A stretch of 64,000 bases of DNA from the NCBI GenBank assembly GCA_964016885.1, contig OZ024745.1, positions 123,380,001-123,444,000 of the forward strand, read 5' to 3'. A program made the position numbers and the translations under genes. The notes under the pieces were generated by a model. The model did not search any database, was not told the origin of the DNA, and saw only the letters and a list, made by a program, of their open reading frames with translations. The stretch comes from Eledone cirrhosa (taxonomy: Eukaryota). Every line of letters begins with the position of its first letter. Position 1 is the stretch's first letter. Positions 39,718 to 53,082 of the stretch are shown here, piece by piece.

Positions 39718-40043
39718 GAAGGTGCATGGCTTAGTGGTTTGAGTGTCGGGCTTACAATTGTGAGGTTGTGAGTTTGATTCTCAGACCAGGCTTTGTGTTA
39801 TGTTCTTGAGCAAGACACTCTATTTCACATTGCTCCAGTTCACTAAGTTGTAGAAATGAGTTGCGATGTCACTGGTGCCTTAGCCTTTCCCTTGGACAAC
39901 ATCGGTGGCGTGGAGAGGGGAGACTGGTATGCATGGACGACTGCTGGTCTTCTACAGACAAATCTTGCCCGGACTTGGAGGGGAACTTTCTAGGTGCAAA
40001 TCCCATGGTCATTTGTGACTGAAAGGGATTTTCATCCTTTACC
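39718..40043 (+). mobile_element. CORE-type SINE with an alternative 3' tail (family S3)
   Basis: S2-like head and core, then gcctttcccttggacaacat...ctttctaggtgc.aatcccatggt, a tail also seen at ~46790-46930. Confidence 0.75.
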
Positions 40044-40154
40044 CTAGATACTCACTAAAATGATCACAACTGGAATACTTGTGATCATAGGTTTACTTGG
40101 TCAGTTGCTAACCTGGGGCTAAACAACAATTACCACTGTGAGGAGTAATAAATA

Positions 40155-40634
40155 CTGTATATGTTGGCATACAAGTCAATCCAGCACATAGGTCGACCTC
40201 TAAAATTCGGAGGTAATTCAGGTTTAGGCCTATATTTGCCGGATAAGACAACCCATAAAAAATAAGGCAGTTGCACCGGAAATAATTCCAAAAATTTGGT
40301 AGCGCGCTAAAGGCTAAGACACTTAGCGCGCTAAAGGCTAACCAGCTTAGTCTAACCAAATCAACCTATGGTAACCTACCCTATGATCAAGTCATTGATA
40401 TTATTATAATCTCTACGTTAAATAGACTTAACAAATATGAGATTCAGTAGGTAATAGTTGTGGTGGGCTGCCAGAGTTATGGTAAGTGGTGTACAATGAG
40501 TGTTAGGCAAGCAGTTTCACTGTTTACCCCTCAGTGGTAAATGTTCACATTTTATATTCGGTGGACAAGTCGACCCCTGGTCTTGGAGAGATATTTTTAG
40601 GCTCCAATGTTGACTTGTATACCCGAATATGCGG
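40155..40634. mobile_element. Tc1/mariner-superfamily (Tc2/pogo-like) MITE
   Basis: TA-ctgtatatgttggcatacaagtcaa ... ttgacttgtatacccgaatatgcgg-TA; internal gtcgac repeats. Confidence 0.6.
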
Positions 40635-41194
40635 TAAGTGTTATTGGCTTACCATGGTATGGTGTTAAATTTTCAGTTTGTTGCCAACAAACAAACGTAG
40701 TATGTTTGATCTTGGATGTTGCATATTTTCCTTGAGATGACATTTTAATGTATTTACTTATTTAATTCCATTCCATCGATTCTATTTATCTCTTTACATG
40801 ACTCTGCTGATTTGGCAGGAATCAAGTTAAGCAGTACAACTTTTACAAAATTTTAGCTTTTCTCTATATGAGGTTTAAAAAGAAAATTTACATAGGGAAA
40901 TTTTTCTTGTGTGATTTTAGATTTTCTCCTTTTTTTTCTATTATAGATCAATATGTATGATGTATGTGTTTTATTTCTTTAGACAGAATTATTTTTAGCT
41001 GTACATTCTATTGACTTGCTATGGTATTGCCCTAGGAATTATTTTAGTAGGACTATTTTAATAGACTTTAGTTTGACCAATTATATATCAGTATGTTATT
41101 AAATAACTGAGTTCAAAATGATATTAGTACTTGAAATATTTCAGTTGGGTCAATTTTTTTTTCTTTTCCTTACTGATATTTTCATTCATCAGTA

Positions 41195-41500
41195 ATTAGA
41201 TAACTGAATTTATGGCAAAATTAGAGAACAAATTCCTGACTTGGAAGCATAACTTTGAATCAAAAGGTCTTAAAGTCAACATGGCAAAAACTAGAGTCCT
41301 AGTAAGTAAAGAGAAAAAACAAGGCCCTGAGCCCTTCGGGTAAATGGCCCTGATCAGTGTGTAGGAAAGGAGTGGGTAGTAATTCCATCCTCTGTCCCAA
41401 ATGTAAACTATGGGTACACAAAAGATGTAGTGAGATCTCGGGCAGGCTAGCAAAGAACGTAGATTTTACATATGTTTGAAGCACAGGAGCAGTAAGTAGT
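41195..41500 (+). mobile_element. Degraded RTE-clade LINE fragment
   Basis: Reads LENKFLTWKHNFESKGLKVNMAKTRVL (post-YADD GLKVN..KT motif). Confidence 0.65.
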
Positions 41501-41705
41501 AAGTGCTCACAGGAAACAAGCTCTGTCAGTTGCTGCTCACTCATTCTTTCTATATTTCTGTATACCATCCTACAACTTACCACTTACTTCACCTTCACAG
41601 TTCGCACTGTTAAATTTATCTCTAAATACACCCCACTTTGTACAACCGTGCCAGCATGGAATGCCAGGCACACTCTACAATAATGCTAGGTTTCATTCAC
41701 TTCCA

Positions 41706-41966
41706 TTAACCTTTTCAGTGCCATGGATGAGATAACTCATCCTTAACTTGTTTGAACTTGTTTCCAACAGTTCATAACTTCAAAGTTATGAACTCGTTTC
41801 CAACAGTTTATAACTTCAAAGCCAGATGTGGTTACAGTTTATTGATGTGACTAGTTTATTGTGTTGTTAATAAATGTTTGTTTAAAAATATAATCATTTT
41901 ACTGAAAAAAAAACCTAGCACAGCAATAGTAGCTGTGTAAAATATACATGGCAGTCAACAGGTTAA
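41706..41966. mobile_element. M2 piggyBac-type MITE
   Basis: ttaa-ccttttcagtgcc ... ggcagtcaacagg-ttaa. Confidence 0.7.
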
Positions 41967-42848
41967 GGTATCCCTACTTTCATAGGCTAGTTACTAGCAG
42001 CCTACACTCACTTCTCATCACCACTTCACTCCTTATCACTATTCTCTCAGCTTGGCCAAGGGTACAAGTGCCCTAGTGTTGAAATATGGTTGTACTGGTT
42101 CCATAATAAAATGCCTTCAATCCACACAGGAAAGTGGAAGCGCTGGTGTCACAATAAAATTCACCTTACCCACTCTGTAAAGAGATAGTGCTGGTGCCAC
42201 AATAAAATACAGCCTAACTATTCTGTAAAGAAGTGCTGGTATCATTACAAAAGTGGCCAGTCCATTCTGTCATGAGGTAGTGGCACTAGTAAACAAATCC
42301 AGTACATGCCATGAAGTGGTTGGCATTATTGTGGGGATCCACACCAAAATGGAGCATATGAGCATGACAGTCATTTGATCTGTTTTTTGGCCACAATATG
42401 CGACAGCCTATCTAAACCCATGCAAGTACGAAAAATGGTGATGGTGATATATATATATATATAAAAAGTGTGTGTGTGTGTATATATATATATATACGAA
42501 AAAAAAAAAAGTACTCACAGTCCACGCTGTAATGTGGCCGTGTAGGTTACATGGTAAAAAGTTCCCAGTTCCACACTGTAAATGTGGTTGGTGTTAGGAA
42601 GGGCATCCAACCGTAGAAAGTCTGCCAAATAGTCCTATACGAGCGAGACACGGCCACCCGACCAACCTGGCCTCAAGTGGGACAACTTCCGTCTAACCCA
42701 TGCTAGCGTGGAAGAGGGATGTTAAACGATGATGATGATGATACACACACACACACACACACTTTTTTTTCTCTCAGACATATATTTTTCCGTTTCTGCC
42801 TCTTCTCACTCTATCTTTCTATTTCATTTTTTATTTCTCATTCTATCT

Positions 42849-42886
42849 ATCTTCTGATGAAAGACTAGTGTCCAAAACGTTAAGAT
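42849..42886 (+). ncRNA. Minimal type I hammerhead-like motif (HH-A), G12->A variant
   Basis: atctt-CTGATGA-a-agac(tagt)gtcc-AAAA-cg-TT-aagat; the ~120-bp surrounding sequence is homologous to 32226-32345 in reverse. Confidence 0.65.
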
Positions 42887-43079
42887 TCTTTCCCTACTAT
42901 ATCAAGTGTTAAACTGATATATTTCTTCATTCTACTGTGTTGTTTGTTTCGTTGTTTCCTTCTACCTTTTGTACACACACACACACACACCATATATATA
43001 TATATATATACATGTGCTTGTGTGTATCTGTAATTATTTATTTATTTATGCAAAAATCAGCTCAAAAGTGACACAAAGG

Positions 43080-43325
43080 CGACTGAGGGTTAGCTGGATA
43101 TGCTCACCGACACCCAGAGTTGACACTGCACTCAGTGCTCCTGTGGGAGCCCCTGCATGGACACACTGGAAGAGGAAGACCAAGGTTAACGTATGTTGAT
43201 GCCCTAAGGACAGACACTGGTCTGTTGGAGACGCAGGGCATGGCAGCATTAATGAGGGACAGAGACTGAGAAGAGAACTCGTCCATGGATCTTGGGAATT
43301 TTACCTGCCCTAGATAGATAGATTA
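43080..43325 (+). mobile_element. RTE-clade LINE 3' fragment
   Basis: LAGYAHRHPELTLHSVLLWEPLHGHTGRGRPRLTYVDALRTDTG; (taga)n tail. Confidence 0.75.
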
Positions 43326-44272
43326 ATCATTTAATTCCAATCTTATTGAGTCAATATTGGAATATGTGCATTTCTGTATTGATATAGCAATAATGAAGTA
43401 GCTTAGTATTTGATTGCACTCAAACTCTTTTTACACTGATTTTTTTAAATAATTTATTAATTAGGTAATATATTCTGTGTATCTTTGTATTAATGATGTG
43501 GTTCTGTAAAGGGCTGCTATTAATGTATTTATCACCTTTGTTCTACTTTCCTTGGTAAATCTGTAAATCGTGTATTAAAAAAAAATAATAGATAATGATA
43601 AAAATAATTATTTCTTTTAATGATTTCATATTTCTCCTCTCTTCTGATTGTTTGGGTGTATTTTTGTGAAATCAAAAGACAGTTTTATATGAATAACTTT
43701 GGTATTCCTGGAGTAAAGTTGTTCTCTAATAACATATTATACTGGCTATAAACTGTTTTATTGATTCTTAAAAAAGGGGAATATAGAGAATCCACAGAAT
43801 CATTCATATTTATTATTCTGTGTGAATGAAACAGATAACAGTGAGTGTTTATTTAACAGAATTATGGTGCTATGAAAACATGTTTCTTTATTCTCCATCT
43901 CTATGAACTATTCAGATACCCAATCATCTGAAATAATTCCTAGCTCTATGATATAAAACCATTTGTTTTTAAGTGTTCATTTTAAAATCTAAACTGTCTA
44001 TCTTAATTTTATTTAAGACAATTTTGTTAAGTTATGGTCCAAACACAAACTTAATGAGAAAATTAGTTAAAATGAGAAAATTAGAAAATTAGTAAAATCC
44101 CTCAAATTTCTTGACATGACTGCTCTATAAGGAGCAAAAGGAGAATATGAAGAGAAGACTAGAATGATAGCATATGGGAAATCTGGTGGCTTCACAGTGG
44201 TGTTGGAATGTCTAAAGCAGTATTTTGTGACCTTCAATAATCCTATTCCAACTCAGGAGAGGGGATAAAAGA

Positions 44273-44505
44273 TGAAGGGGTTAAATGGTAAGCTTAGCAA
44301 AAATGAAGATGTGGTCATGAAGATGTGGTCCCATGAAATGTATAAAGTGAAAGTCAGTGTAGGTATATAGATAGCATAAGATAAGTGTGACTTATAGAGC
44401 TCAATATGGAGAGTGTATTAAAATTTATAATGCATTTAGAGTATTCTCATTGTTATAATGAATAATGTGCTTATAAGAATGTAGATATAGGAAGAATTGA
44501 GACAC
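44273..44505. repeat. Diverged local duplicate of ~46060-46255
   Basis: Shared taaatggtaagcttagcaaaaa, gtgtgacttatagagctcaatatg, agatataggaagaattg. Confidence 0.7.
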
Positions 44506-46487
44506 ATATACGCACAGATTGGCAGTGTACTGTATTCTAAATTTTCAACACGTTTTTTTAGAACCTAACTAATAATTGGTTGTAGAAACCACCACATATT
44601 CGCGGGATCGTAAATATCTTCCGCAATATTTTATGGCTTTTTTTGTGGCAATATATATTTTTTTAATGCTAAATTATTTACAACAATATACTGTATTTGC
44701 TGGCCTATAAAACACTCCATCTTTTTTAAAGTAAATTTTATGTTATATTTTGATGTTCATAGACATTTTTATGGACCACATCCAATATTCATGGTTTTTC
44801 ACTCTCGCTGGTGCTCTGCGAATACCAGGGGGACAACTATATCCATAGAGTTTAGCCAAAATATCACCATCATCATCACTGTTTTACGTCCATTCTTCCA
44901 CACTAGCATGACCATACAGAACTGATTTTCGCTTGGTTTCTACAGCTGGATGCCCTTCCTAACACCAACTTTATTTACAGTGAGTACGGGTTGCTTTTTA
45001 ACCGTGCTGCCTACACGACCACTTTACAGTGTGGACTGGGTGCTTTTTTTGTTGTGACACCTACACGACCACTTTACAGTGTGAGGGGGTGGGGGCATAC
45101 TGTCTATATGCTTCAGCTTCGGCTTGAACCCGTGGGAAATCAGGTCTTCTGTATTACTGCGTAACGCCAGAGGTCTCGGTCTTGTGCCATCATCTTTGAA
45201 ATATATTTTGTGTTACTGTATTGAAGCAAGGATATTAACACATCGTTAATTTATAGATAGCATATCTTGTAAACTGTAATAAAATTTGTAGTGGTTTGTT
45301 TTTGTTTTATGAGATTGGTGTTGATGTTTAACCCCTGACCAGCCCTGCTACATGAGATGTGTGCTGAAGACATTTGAGCTGTGAACATTTGAACTGTGAA
45401 CTTTAAAAATAAATTTTATTTTCTGCATTAGATATAGTGTATATAGGACCACATTATTCAATGTGCACTGCCATCTCTCTCTCTGTCTCTCTCTCTCTCT
45501 CTTCAAGAGGGATTTGGCTGCTATATTGAGGTGGTTGATCAACTATGGAGAGATTCTTTTGGCTCATGGAAAATGTATTTATGAAATATGAATTATAATG
45601 AGTTATTGTTGTGATAACTGAACACTGCTTTAAGGAATTTCAGATAAGTAGGAATAGAATTATTAAAACTGGAGTTAAAAGTCAACTCTATAACAAAGAA
45701 ACATTTTGTCTCTACTTCATCACATAGCACAACAATGTATATATATATATATATATATTATTTTTGTTTTTATTTCCTCCTCTTGATGAGGTAAAAGATC
45801 ATTTAGCCATTCTTATTCAAAAGATCATTTGACCATCCTTATTCTTGACAAGCAGCTTAATGAGTTGCTTATAGAATTTATGGATGTTCCATCCTCTCCT
45901 TTGCAATTTTTCCCTATCTTAACATTAACATTTACAGCTGATTTCTTAAAGGAGTTAGTTGTAAATGCTATCATTACTGATAATAGCTGTGGATTTAGAG
46001 AAAGAGGATTCCTGGAATTTGAAGAATTTTATTTCATATCAACGGAAGGGGATATAGAATGGAAGGGGCTAAATGGTAAGCTTAGCAAAAACGTGATCCC
46101 ATCAAATGTATAAAGTGTAAGCATAAGATAGGTGTGACTTATAGAGCTCAATATGTAAAGTGGATTAAAAGTTCTAATGCATTTAGAGTAATTCCTATTA
46201 TAATGAACACTGTGCTTATAATCAGAATCAAGATATAGGAAGAATTGGGGATACACATGCACATAAACACACACACGCACATGCACACACACGTACACAC
46301 ACACACACATGCACATGCACACACACACACAACTGAGAATTGGCAGAGTTGGCTAGAATGCTTTTCACTATTCATTCCATCTCACTCTGCTTTGAGTTCA
46401 AAACCTGCTGAGGTCAGCTTTACCTTTTATTCTTTTGAGTAGAGGTCTGAAACACATGGCCTGTGGCAGAACAATTTTCATAACTGA

Positions 46488-46775
46488 TTAACCCTTTAGC
46501 ATCTAAACTGGTCATATCCAGCTAGAATTTTCTTACCTCTTTCTGTTCAAACTGACTGTAACTGGCTGTTCATACTGCTGTTATGGTATTGTTCTCAAAA
46601 TAAATAATATCAAATAGGACCCGTCCCACCCTTGCAAGCAGGGAAAAGCGGACGTAAAATGATGATGATCAAAATCTCATAGATTTGATATCATGTAAGA
46701 TGATGATGTGAGATAAAATCTTTACCACAAAAATATAATAGTATATATAGAGTAATGTAAATGTTAAATGTAAAA
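46488..46775 (+). mobile_element. M1 MITE interrupted by a 53-bp retro-insertion
   Basis: Insertion 46615-46667 flanked by an atcaaa TSD. Confidence 0.8.
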
Positions 46776-48570
46776 AAGCTGTATCGGTCTTTGCCTTTCC
46801 CTTGGACAACATTGGTGGCATGGAGAGGGGAGACTGGTATGTATGGGCGACTGCTGGTCTTCCACAAACAATCGTCTTGCCCTGATTTGTGCCTTGGCGG
46901 GGAACTTTCTAGGTGCTAATCCCATGGTGATTACCTAAATAGTTGAGTAAAATTTGAAATGGAAAATTTATCCCATTACATTTTGTACTCATCCACATAT
47001 CCCACTTACTATCATATGTATTCATATTGATGCAAAAAAAAAGTAATAATAATAATTATAGCCTAGCAGCTGTATGGCAGCAGACCAGCATTCTAAGTGG
47101 TGGAAATCATGCCTTCCCACACCACACACAACTCACTTTTGGCCTTCTGGGCATCTTCCCCAGAATGTAATGACTTTTTTGAATCCTTGAGCTTAAAACC
47201 CCTGATTTAGAGTTGATAAAAAAAAAAAAAAATACTAGTCCAATACTGGGATTGATCATTCCTCTTTATCCCTCACCTTCTCTGGAAAGAAATTGGTTGT
47301 TTCAAACCTGGAGAAGGGATGGGCTCCACCAAGTCTAAAATTCTTAAGACATGCTGTATGTCACTATGGCACAACAATGATGCCATCAAGAATTACAGGT
47401 CCATGTGTGTATATATATAGTAATAATAATAAATGTGAAGACTAAAATGCAAAGATCCCGTTAAGGGTGAAAGCAGCGTTTCTTTGCTTAAACTTTAATC
47501 TGTTATTTTAATAAATAAATATATATATATAGTTTAATGGGTTGTAACTTTATGTTACTATTGGCTACACCATCCCCAGGCCAAGGTATTCCGTACTGTT
47601 TCAGAAAGGAGGGATAAACATGCCAATCTATGTTTAGAATCCCGAGCAACGCTGGGCTATTCTGCTAGTAATCTCTGTTTGTTTATTGTCCTTGGAACAC
47701 TAAAAATATTTTCACTAAATTAAATAACAAACACACATAGGAACTTATGGATAATAATAATAATAAAATAAGTATACAAAAAAAAATACATTGAAATTAT
47801 CTCTTGAATATCATCTATGTTATTATGTAGAAACAATATTGAATGAGAAATACGATTGTTAGTTCTTAACAGAACTAAAATGCATCATAATGTAGGTTTT
47901 ACAAAAACTTGAAGATTTATTCTTGTATATCTCTTTTCCCTCTCATAAATTTATGAAAACATTTCACTGTATTTATTTTAAAAGGATTATTTTAAAACGA
48001 TTATAAAAATTGGGCCATACTTTCTTTTCTCTCCTACATTCCTTCTTTTCTTCATTTTCTCCATATTCATCTATAGTTAGCTTCAAGTGTACAGTTTTCT
48101 TGTTTCATTGAGAGCTTTTCTATTTTTATTATTATTTCTAGCAGAAAAACTACCCTTCGGGTGGTTTTCTGCTAGCATGTGTAGTGTGTATATTGATATC
48201 ATACGCAAGTATATATACATGTAGATATGATACATCAAATAAAATTGTAATTGACAGTATAATCAGAAATTGAACGAAGACTGCGTTACACTGTCTTATG
48301 TAATCAGTAATGTAATCCATGATACATTAAAAAAAGACGATATTATATATAAACTACATTAGGAGAAAATTAGTGACAGAAAATTAGTATGTTTATTTAA
48401 GCGATCGCCACCGGAAGTGTTGACATCACACACTCTCTCTTTCTATATATATATGGTAGTTGAAAGGGTGGTGGTGGTGGTGGCAATGATATACCGGAAG
48501 TGCAACTTTGAAAAGAAGTAAATTTTAAATTATTTATTTTTACGAAATTATTTTTGTTTACGAAATTTAG

Positions 48571-48690
48571 TCTGAGTTCAAATCCCGCCAAGGTTAACTT
48601 TGCCTTTCATCCTTACGGGGTCAATAAAATAAAGTACCAGTAATGTACTGGGTAATTGCTGGCCTTGTGCCTAAAGTAGAAACAATTATT
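48571..48690 (+). mobile_element. 5'-truncated S1 SINE
   Basis: Starts just before the B box; inserted into the repeat homologous to 830-1112. Confidence 0.8.
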
Positions 48691-48761
48691 TATTCCAAAT
48701 AATCCAACTTCTTTTACTAATGGGATAAAAAAAAAATAAACCGTACGCAGTCTCGCAGACC

Positions 48762-51425
48762 TTTTATTGAGAAATGAGGGAACCAAAGCTGTTCGATGGG
48801 TCCGCGTGGCGGAGGCGCACCGTGGTAATAAAACCACAATTCGGTCTTTGTTGGACCGAGACGGACACGAGATAAGCGATTCCAAGCGGATGTGTGAGGC
48901 CTTTCACCAGCACTTTGCTCGGTTGTTCGGGGCGAGTGGCGAGTCAGAGAGAGTAGCGGTTTTCAGTCCCTACATTGACGGCTTGCCGCGCATCTCGACG
49001 GTCGACGCTGAGTGTTGCAAAAGGCCGATTACTTCATCCAAAATTCAGGACGCCCTTGTCGGCTGCATGAGGCGCAAGTCACCCGGTTTGGATGGCCTGC
49101 CCTACGAGCTTTACGTAAATATGCCAGACTTGTTCTCCGAACTCCTCGAAGCACTCTACTGCAACTGGCAGCAGACTGGGAGTATTCCCAGTTCTGTGAG
49201 CAGGGGAGTGGTGACGCTGATAAGGAAAGACGAGAACAAGAGGGATACATTAGACAACTTCAGGCCCATAACTCTGCTCAACACAGAGTTTAAGATTTTG
49301 GCCAAGGTGTTAGCAAAGAGATTGGCACTTATCGTCGAAGATTTGGTTGGGGAGGCGCAAACTTGCGCAATCCCATCCAGATCCATACACGACAATCTCC
49401 ACCTCATGCGATACATCATAGAGAGGGTAGGGTGTAAACCTGGCTCCGGTGGGGCACTGATCAATTTAGATCAATCAAAAGCATTCGATAGGGTCGACCA
49501 CCGGTATCTGGAGTTTGTCCTCAAAGCGGCTGGCTTCGGCCCTGTCTTCAGAAGCTGGATCGCTGCAATGCACAGCGGCACACACTCGGTGGTCAAGGTT
49601 AATGGCTTCCCCTCGGAACCATTTCGGCTCTCCCGATCGGTCCGTCAAGGGTGCCCTCTCTCTTCCCTTCTGTACGTATTGACTCTCGAGCCTTTACTGC
49701 GGAAGCCGGAGCTGTTGCAGGGCATCCCACTTGAACCGGGACGTGGAAAGGCGGTGTCGGCTTATGCGGACGACATCACCGTGATGGTGTCGGACACCTC
49801 AGAAATCGAGGTGGTCGGCACCTTATTGAAGGAATATGAAAGGTTGACAGGAGCCAAACTTAACCCGGAAAAAGTTGGTAGGCTTGCAGATCGGAACCTG
49901 GAGAGGCAAGCCTATGCCGTCCAACAGCGTCGTGGGGCGCTGGATGGACGGACCGGTAAAGTTGCTCGGGGTTTGGTTCGGACCAGACCTCCAGGTGGAA
50001 AAGAATTGGGACGAGGTAACGAGCAGAGTAGCCAGTCTCACCCAAAAATGGGCTGGGAGGAAGCTATCACTGAATGGTCGCATGGAGGTGGCGAATGCGT
50101 ACATCGCGTCCGTCATCTACTACTGCCTGACCGTTGTGCCTTGCCCCCGTCCGCGTCTCGTCAAGTTGGAACGGCTCCTCTTCAAATTCTTGTGTAGTGG
50201 ACAAGTTCCGTTGGTGAGGCAGTCCATCTGCTGCCAGCACCCTCCAGGCGGAGGGTCGGGCATGCCGTGGCTAATGATGCCCAGACATGCGTTGAGGTTG
50301 CGACATCTCCAGATATTCTGCCTAAACGGTGAACAGGTGTGGTCGCCGTTTATCAGACGGGCATTTCCGCAGCTCGTTTCTTTGACTGAGCTGCAGTCCT
50401 GGGTCAAGAAGAGACTGAGACTGGGTGACTGGCACCTGGAATGTTGCCAGGCACTCACTGCCCTCTACCAAGCGGGCAATGCGATCAGTGGAACTTCCAC
50501 TCTCGAGTTCTATAGAGGATTAGTGGTGGGCAAGTGCGATGACTCACTCGGAGAAGCTTTGGGCCTTGACAAAGCGAACTGACCAGTCTGTACTGGAGGA
50601 CTTTCGAACCGGGGACTATGAACAATTTCCAGAAATCCCTCGCTTGGTAGTGCTACCAGGGGGCACTGCCGGTTCGGGATAAACTCTACAGGCACGGAAG
50701 TGCTATCAGGCGGACCTGCCCAAGATGTGCACAGAGCGACAAAACCGTTCTGCACGCACTTGTCCAATGTCCGTGCATTACTGACTTGTGGAGTTATGTC
50801 GAGCAGCTACTGTCGCGTGTGGAACGAATCCGGCTATTGGCCGAGTCCATAGTGAAGATCGACCCACTGCCTTCCTTAGGCCAGGAAGAGCAGGAAATTT
50901 TCCTCTGTCTGGTGGCCGTTGCGAAAGAGGTTATATGGTGGACCAGATTAAAAGGACTGAAGACAGACACTTTACTCTTCGGCCAATCCCTCATCAACTT
51001 CTTCAAGTTTCACTTGGAAAGGAAGGTGAGGGTGGAGGGAGAAGTGTTGCCCCCCCCCCCCCAGTACATTTGCTAAAAGGTGGATGAATGTGGCGAGAAT
51101 GGCCCGTGTGAATGGGCCTACTCTGATCATGCGCCTATAGGCTAGCTAACTTGAGGAGAAGGGTGTTCTCCCTGGGTGCCCTAGAAGTGCAGGGTGGTTC
51201 AGGATTGGTGGGGTACCTGAGTCACCCCAGGGTCGTCCACCCCTTATAGGGAAATTTATTTTGTTATATTTATGCATAGTTTATTTTATATTTTTTATGT
51301 TCATTGTTAAATTAGTCTTGCCATTGTGCACTTTTACTCCACCTTATTGTAAACCCCCACTGTCCCTGTCTTTGTATTGTCCCCTACATGTCGGCCCTTG
51401 AGGCCAATAAATGAAATCATTATTA
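48762..51425 (+). pseudogene. 5'-truncated L1/Tx1-type non-LTR retrotransposon ORF2 (reverse transcriptase + C-terminal zinc knuckle), frameshifted
   Basis: KSPGLDG, NFRPITLLN, LDQSKAFDRVDH, VRQGCPLS, YADD. Frameshift near 49870, internal stops, then TCPRCAQSDKTVLHALVQCP (~50715-50773). 3' UTR ends aataaatgaaatc. No endonuclease domain present. Confidence 0.92.
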
Positions 51426-51430
51426 TATAC

Positions 51431-51588
51431 TAGAGGGTCGGATGCCATGCTTTATGATCTGAGTTCAAATCCCGCCGAGGTTAGCTTTGCCTTTCATCCT
51501 TACGGGGTCGATAAAATAAAGTACCAGTAATGTACTGGGTAATTGCTGGCCTTGTGCCTAAAGTAGAAACAATTATTATTATTATTAT
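51431..51588 (+). mobile_element. S1 SINE
   Basis: B box, Meta-like core, (att)n tail. Confidence 0.8.
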
Positions 51589-51907
51589 TTGTTTGTCTGT
51601 CTGTTTCCTATTTATTTAAAATCATGAGATATGCATGTAACTTATCTTCAATTTTAACAACAACAACGATGATGATGATGATGACGATGGTGATGATGAT
51701 GATGATGATGATGATGCTGACGATAATAATAATAAAGCAGACAGAAGATAAAAAGAAATAAATCAGTAATGAAACAATGTTGTATCCCCCTCTTCATATA
51801 AATAAGCTGGTTCTGTTCTTGGTAGAATTAATCTACTTTACCCAAATTTAAATGCATGCACGCACGCACACACACACGCACACACGCACACACACACACA
51901 CACACAC

Positions 51908-52668
51908 ACGTGGCCACAGACAGTTGCACATCAAATTTGTATCTACACACACGCACACACACACACATGTGGCCACAGACAATTGCACGTCGTATCTGTA
52001 TCTACACACACACACACACACACATGTGGCCACAGACAATTGCACGTCATATCTGTATCTACACACACACACACACACATGTGGCCACAGACAATTGCAC
52101 ATCGTATCTGTATCTACACACACACACACACACACATGTGGCCACAGACAATTGCATGTCGTATCTGTATCTACACACACACACACACATGTGGCCACAG
52201 ACAATTGCACATCGTATCTGTATCTACACACACACACACACACATGTGGCCACAGACAATTGCACATCGTATCTGTATCTACACACACACACACACACAC
52301 ATGTGGCCACAGACAATTGCATGTCGTATCTGTATCTACACACACACACACACATGTGGCCACAGACAATTGCACATCGTATCTGTATCTACACACACAC
52401 ACACATGTGGCCACAGACAATTGCACATCGTATCTGTATCTACACACACACACACACATGTGGCCACAGACAATTGCACGTCGTATCTCTATCTACACAC
52501 ACACACAAACATGTGGCCACAGACAGTTGCACATCGTATCTGTATCTACACACACACACACACACATGTGGCCACAGACAGTTGCACATCGTATCTGTAT
52601 CTACACACACACACACACACATGTGGCCACAGACAATTGCACATCATATCTGTATCTACACACACACG
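51908..52668. repeat. Compound minisatellite: 14 copies of a 37-bp unit plus variable (CA)n
   Basis: Unit tgtggccacagacaattgcacatcgtatctgtatcta followed by (ca)n. Confidence 0.95.
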
Positions 52669-52755
52669 CATATATATTTACACGCACATAGATACATCAT
52701 CATCATTATCATCATCATCATCATATGTCCGCTGCTGCTGATGTATATAATATAT

Positions 52756-52797
<42 letters not shown>

Positions 52798-52880
52798 CAA
52801 AGGCATATATTGAGTTAGAAACTCAAAATAGTCTCTTACAATAAAATAGCTCTAGGAAAGAGATTTTTCCGAGCCGTATA

Positions 52881-53082
52881 ATATAACTGAACAAAAAAGA
52901 AAAACGAACACAGACATATAGATATATGTGTTCAAATCGTAAGGGACCAGATTCGCTAAGGTGAAAAGAATACTAACTATAGACAATAGGGTTTGCGAGA
53001 ATCAATTTTTAGCGAATATGGTTCCTTACGATTTGAACGCATATTTGTATATGTCTGTGTTCATTTTTCTTTTTTGTTCAGT

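Noticed and set aside
41170-41197. Minus-strand CTGATGA-AT-GAAA candidate
   Set aside because: No stem II or stem I; just a small local hairpin.
48138-48175. Terminator-like hairpin ctagcagaaaa..ttttctgctag
   Set aside because: Eukaryotic context; more likely a subterminal hairpin of a Helitron-like repeat, and unsupported otherwise.
48571-51588. LTR-like direct repeats flanking the RT
   Set aside because: Both are copies of the abundant S1 SINE. The RT is non-LTR type with its own 3' end, and there are no TG..CA termini, PBS or integrase.
51908-52668. CRISPR-like repeat-spacer array and His-rich ORFs
   Set aside because: The spacers are only (CA)n, there are no cas genes, and the context is eukaryotic; the ORFs are translations of the repeat.
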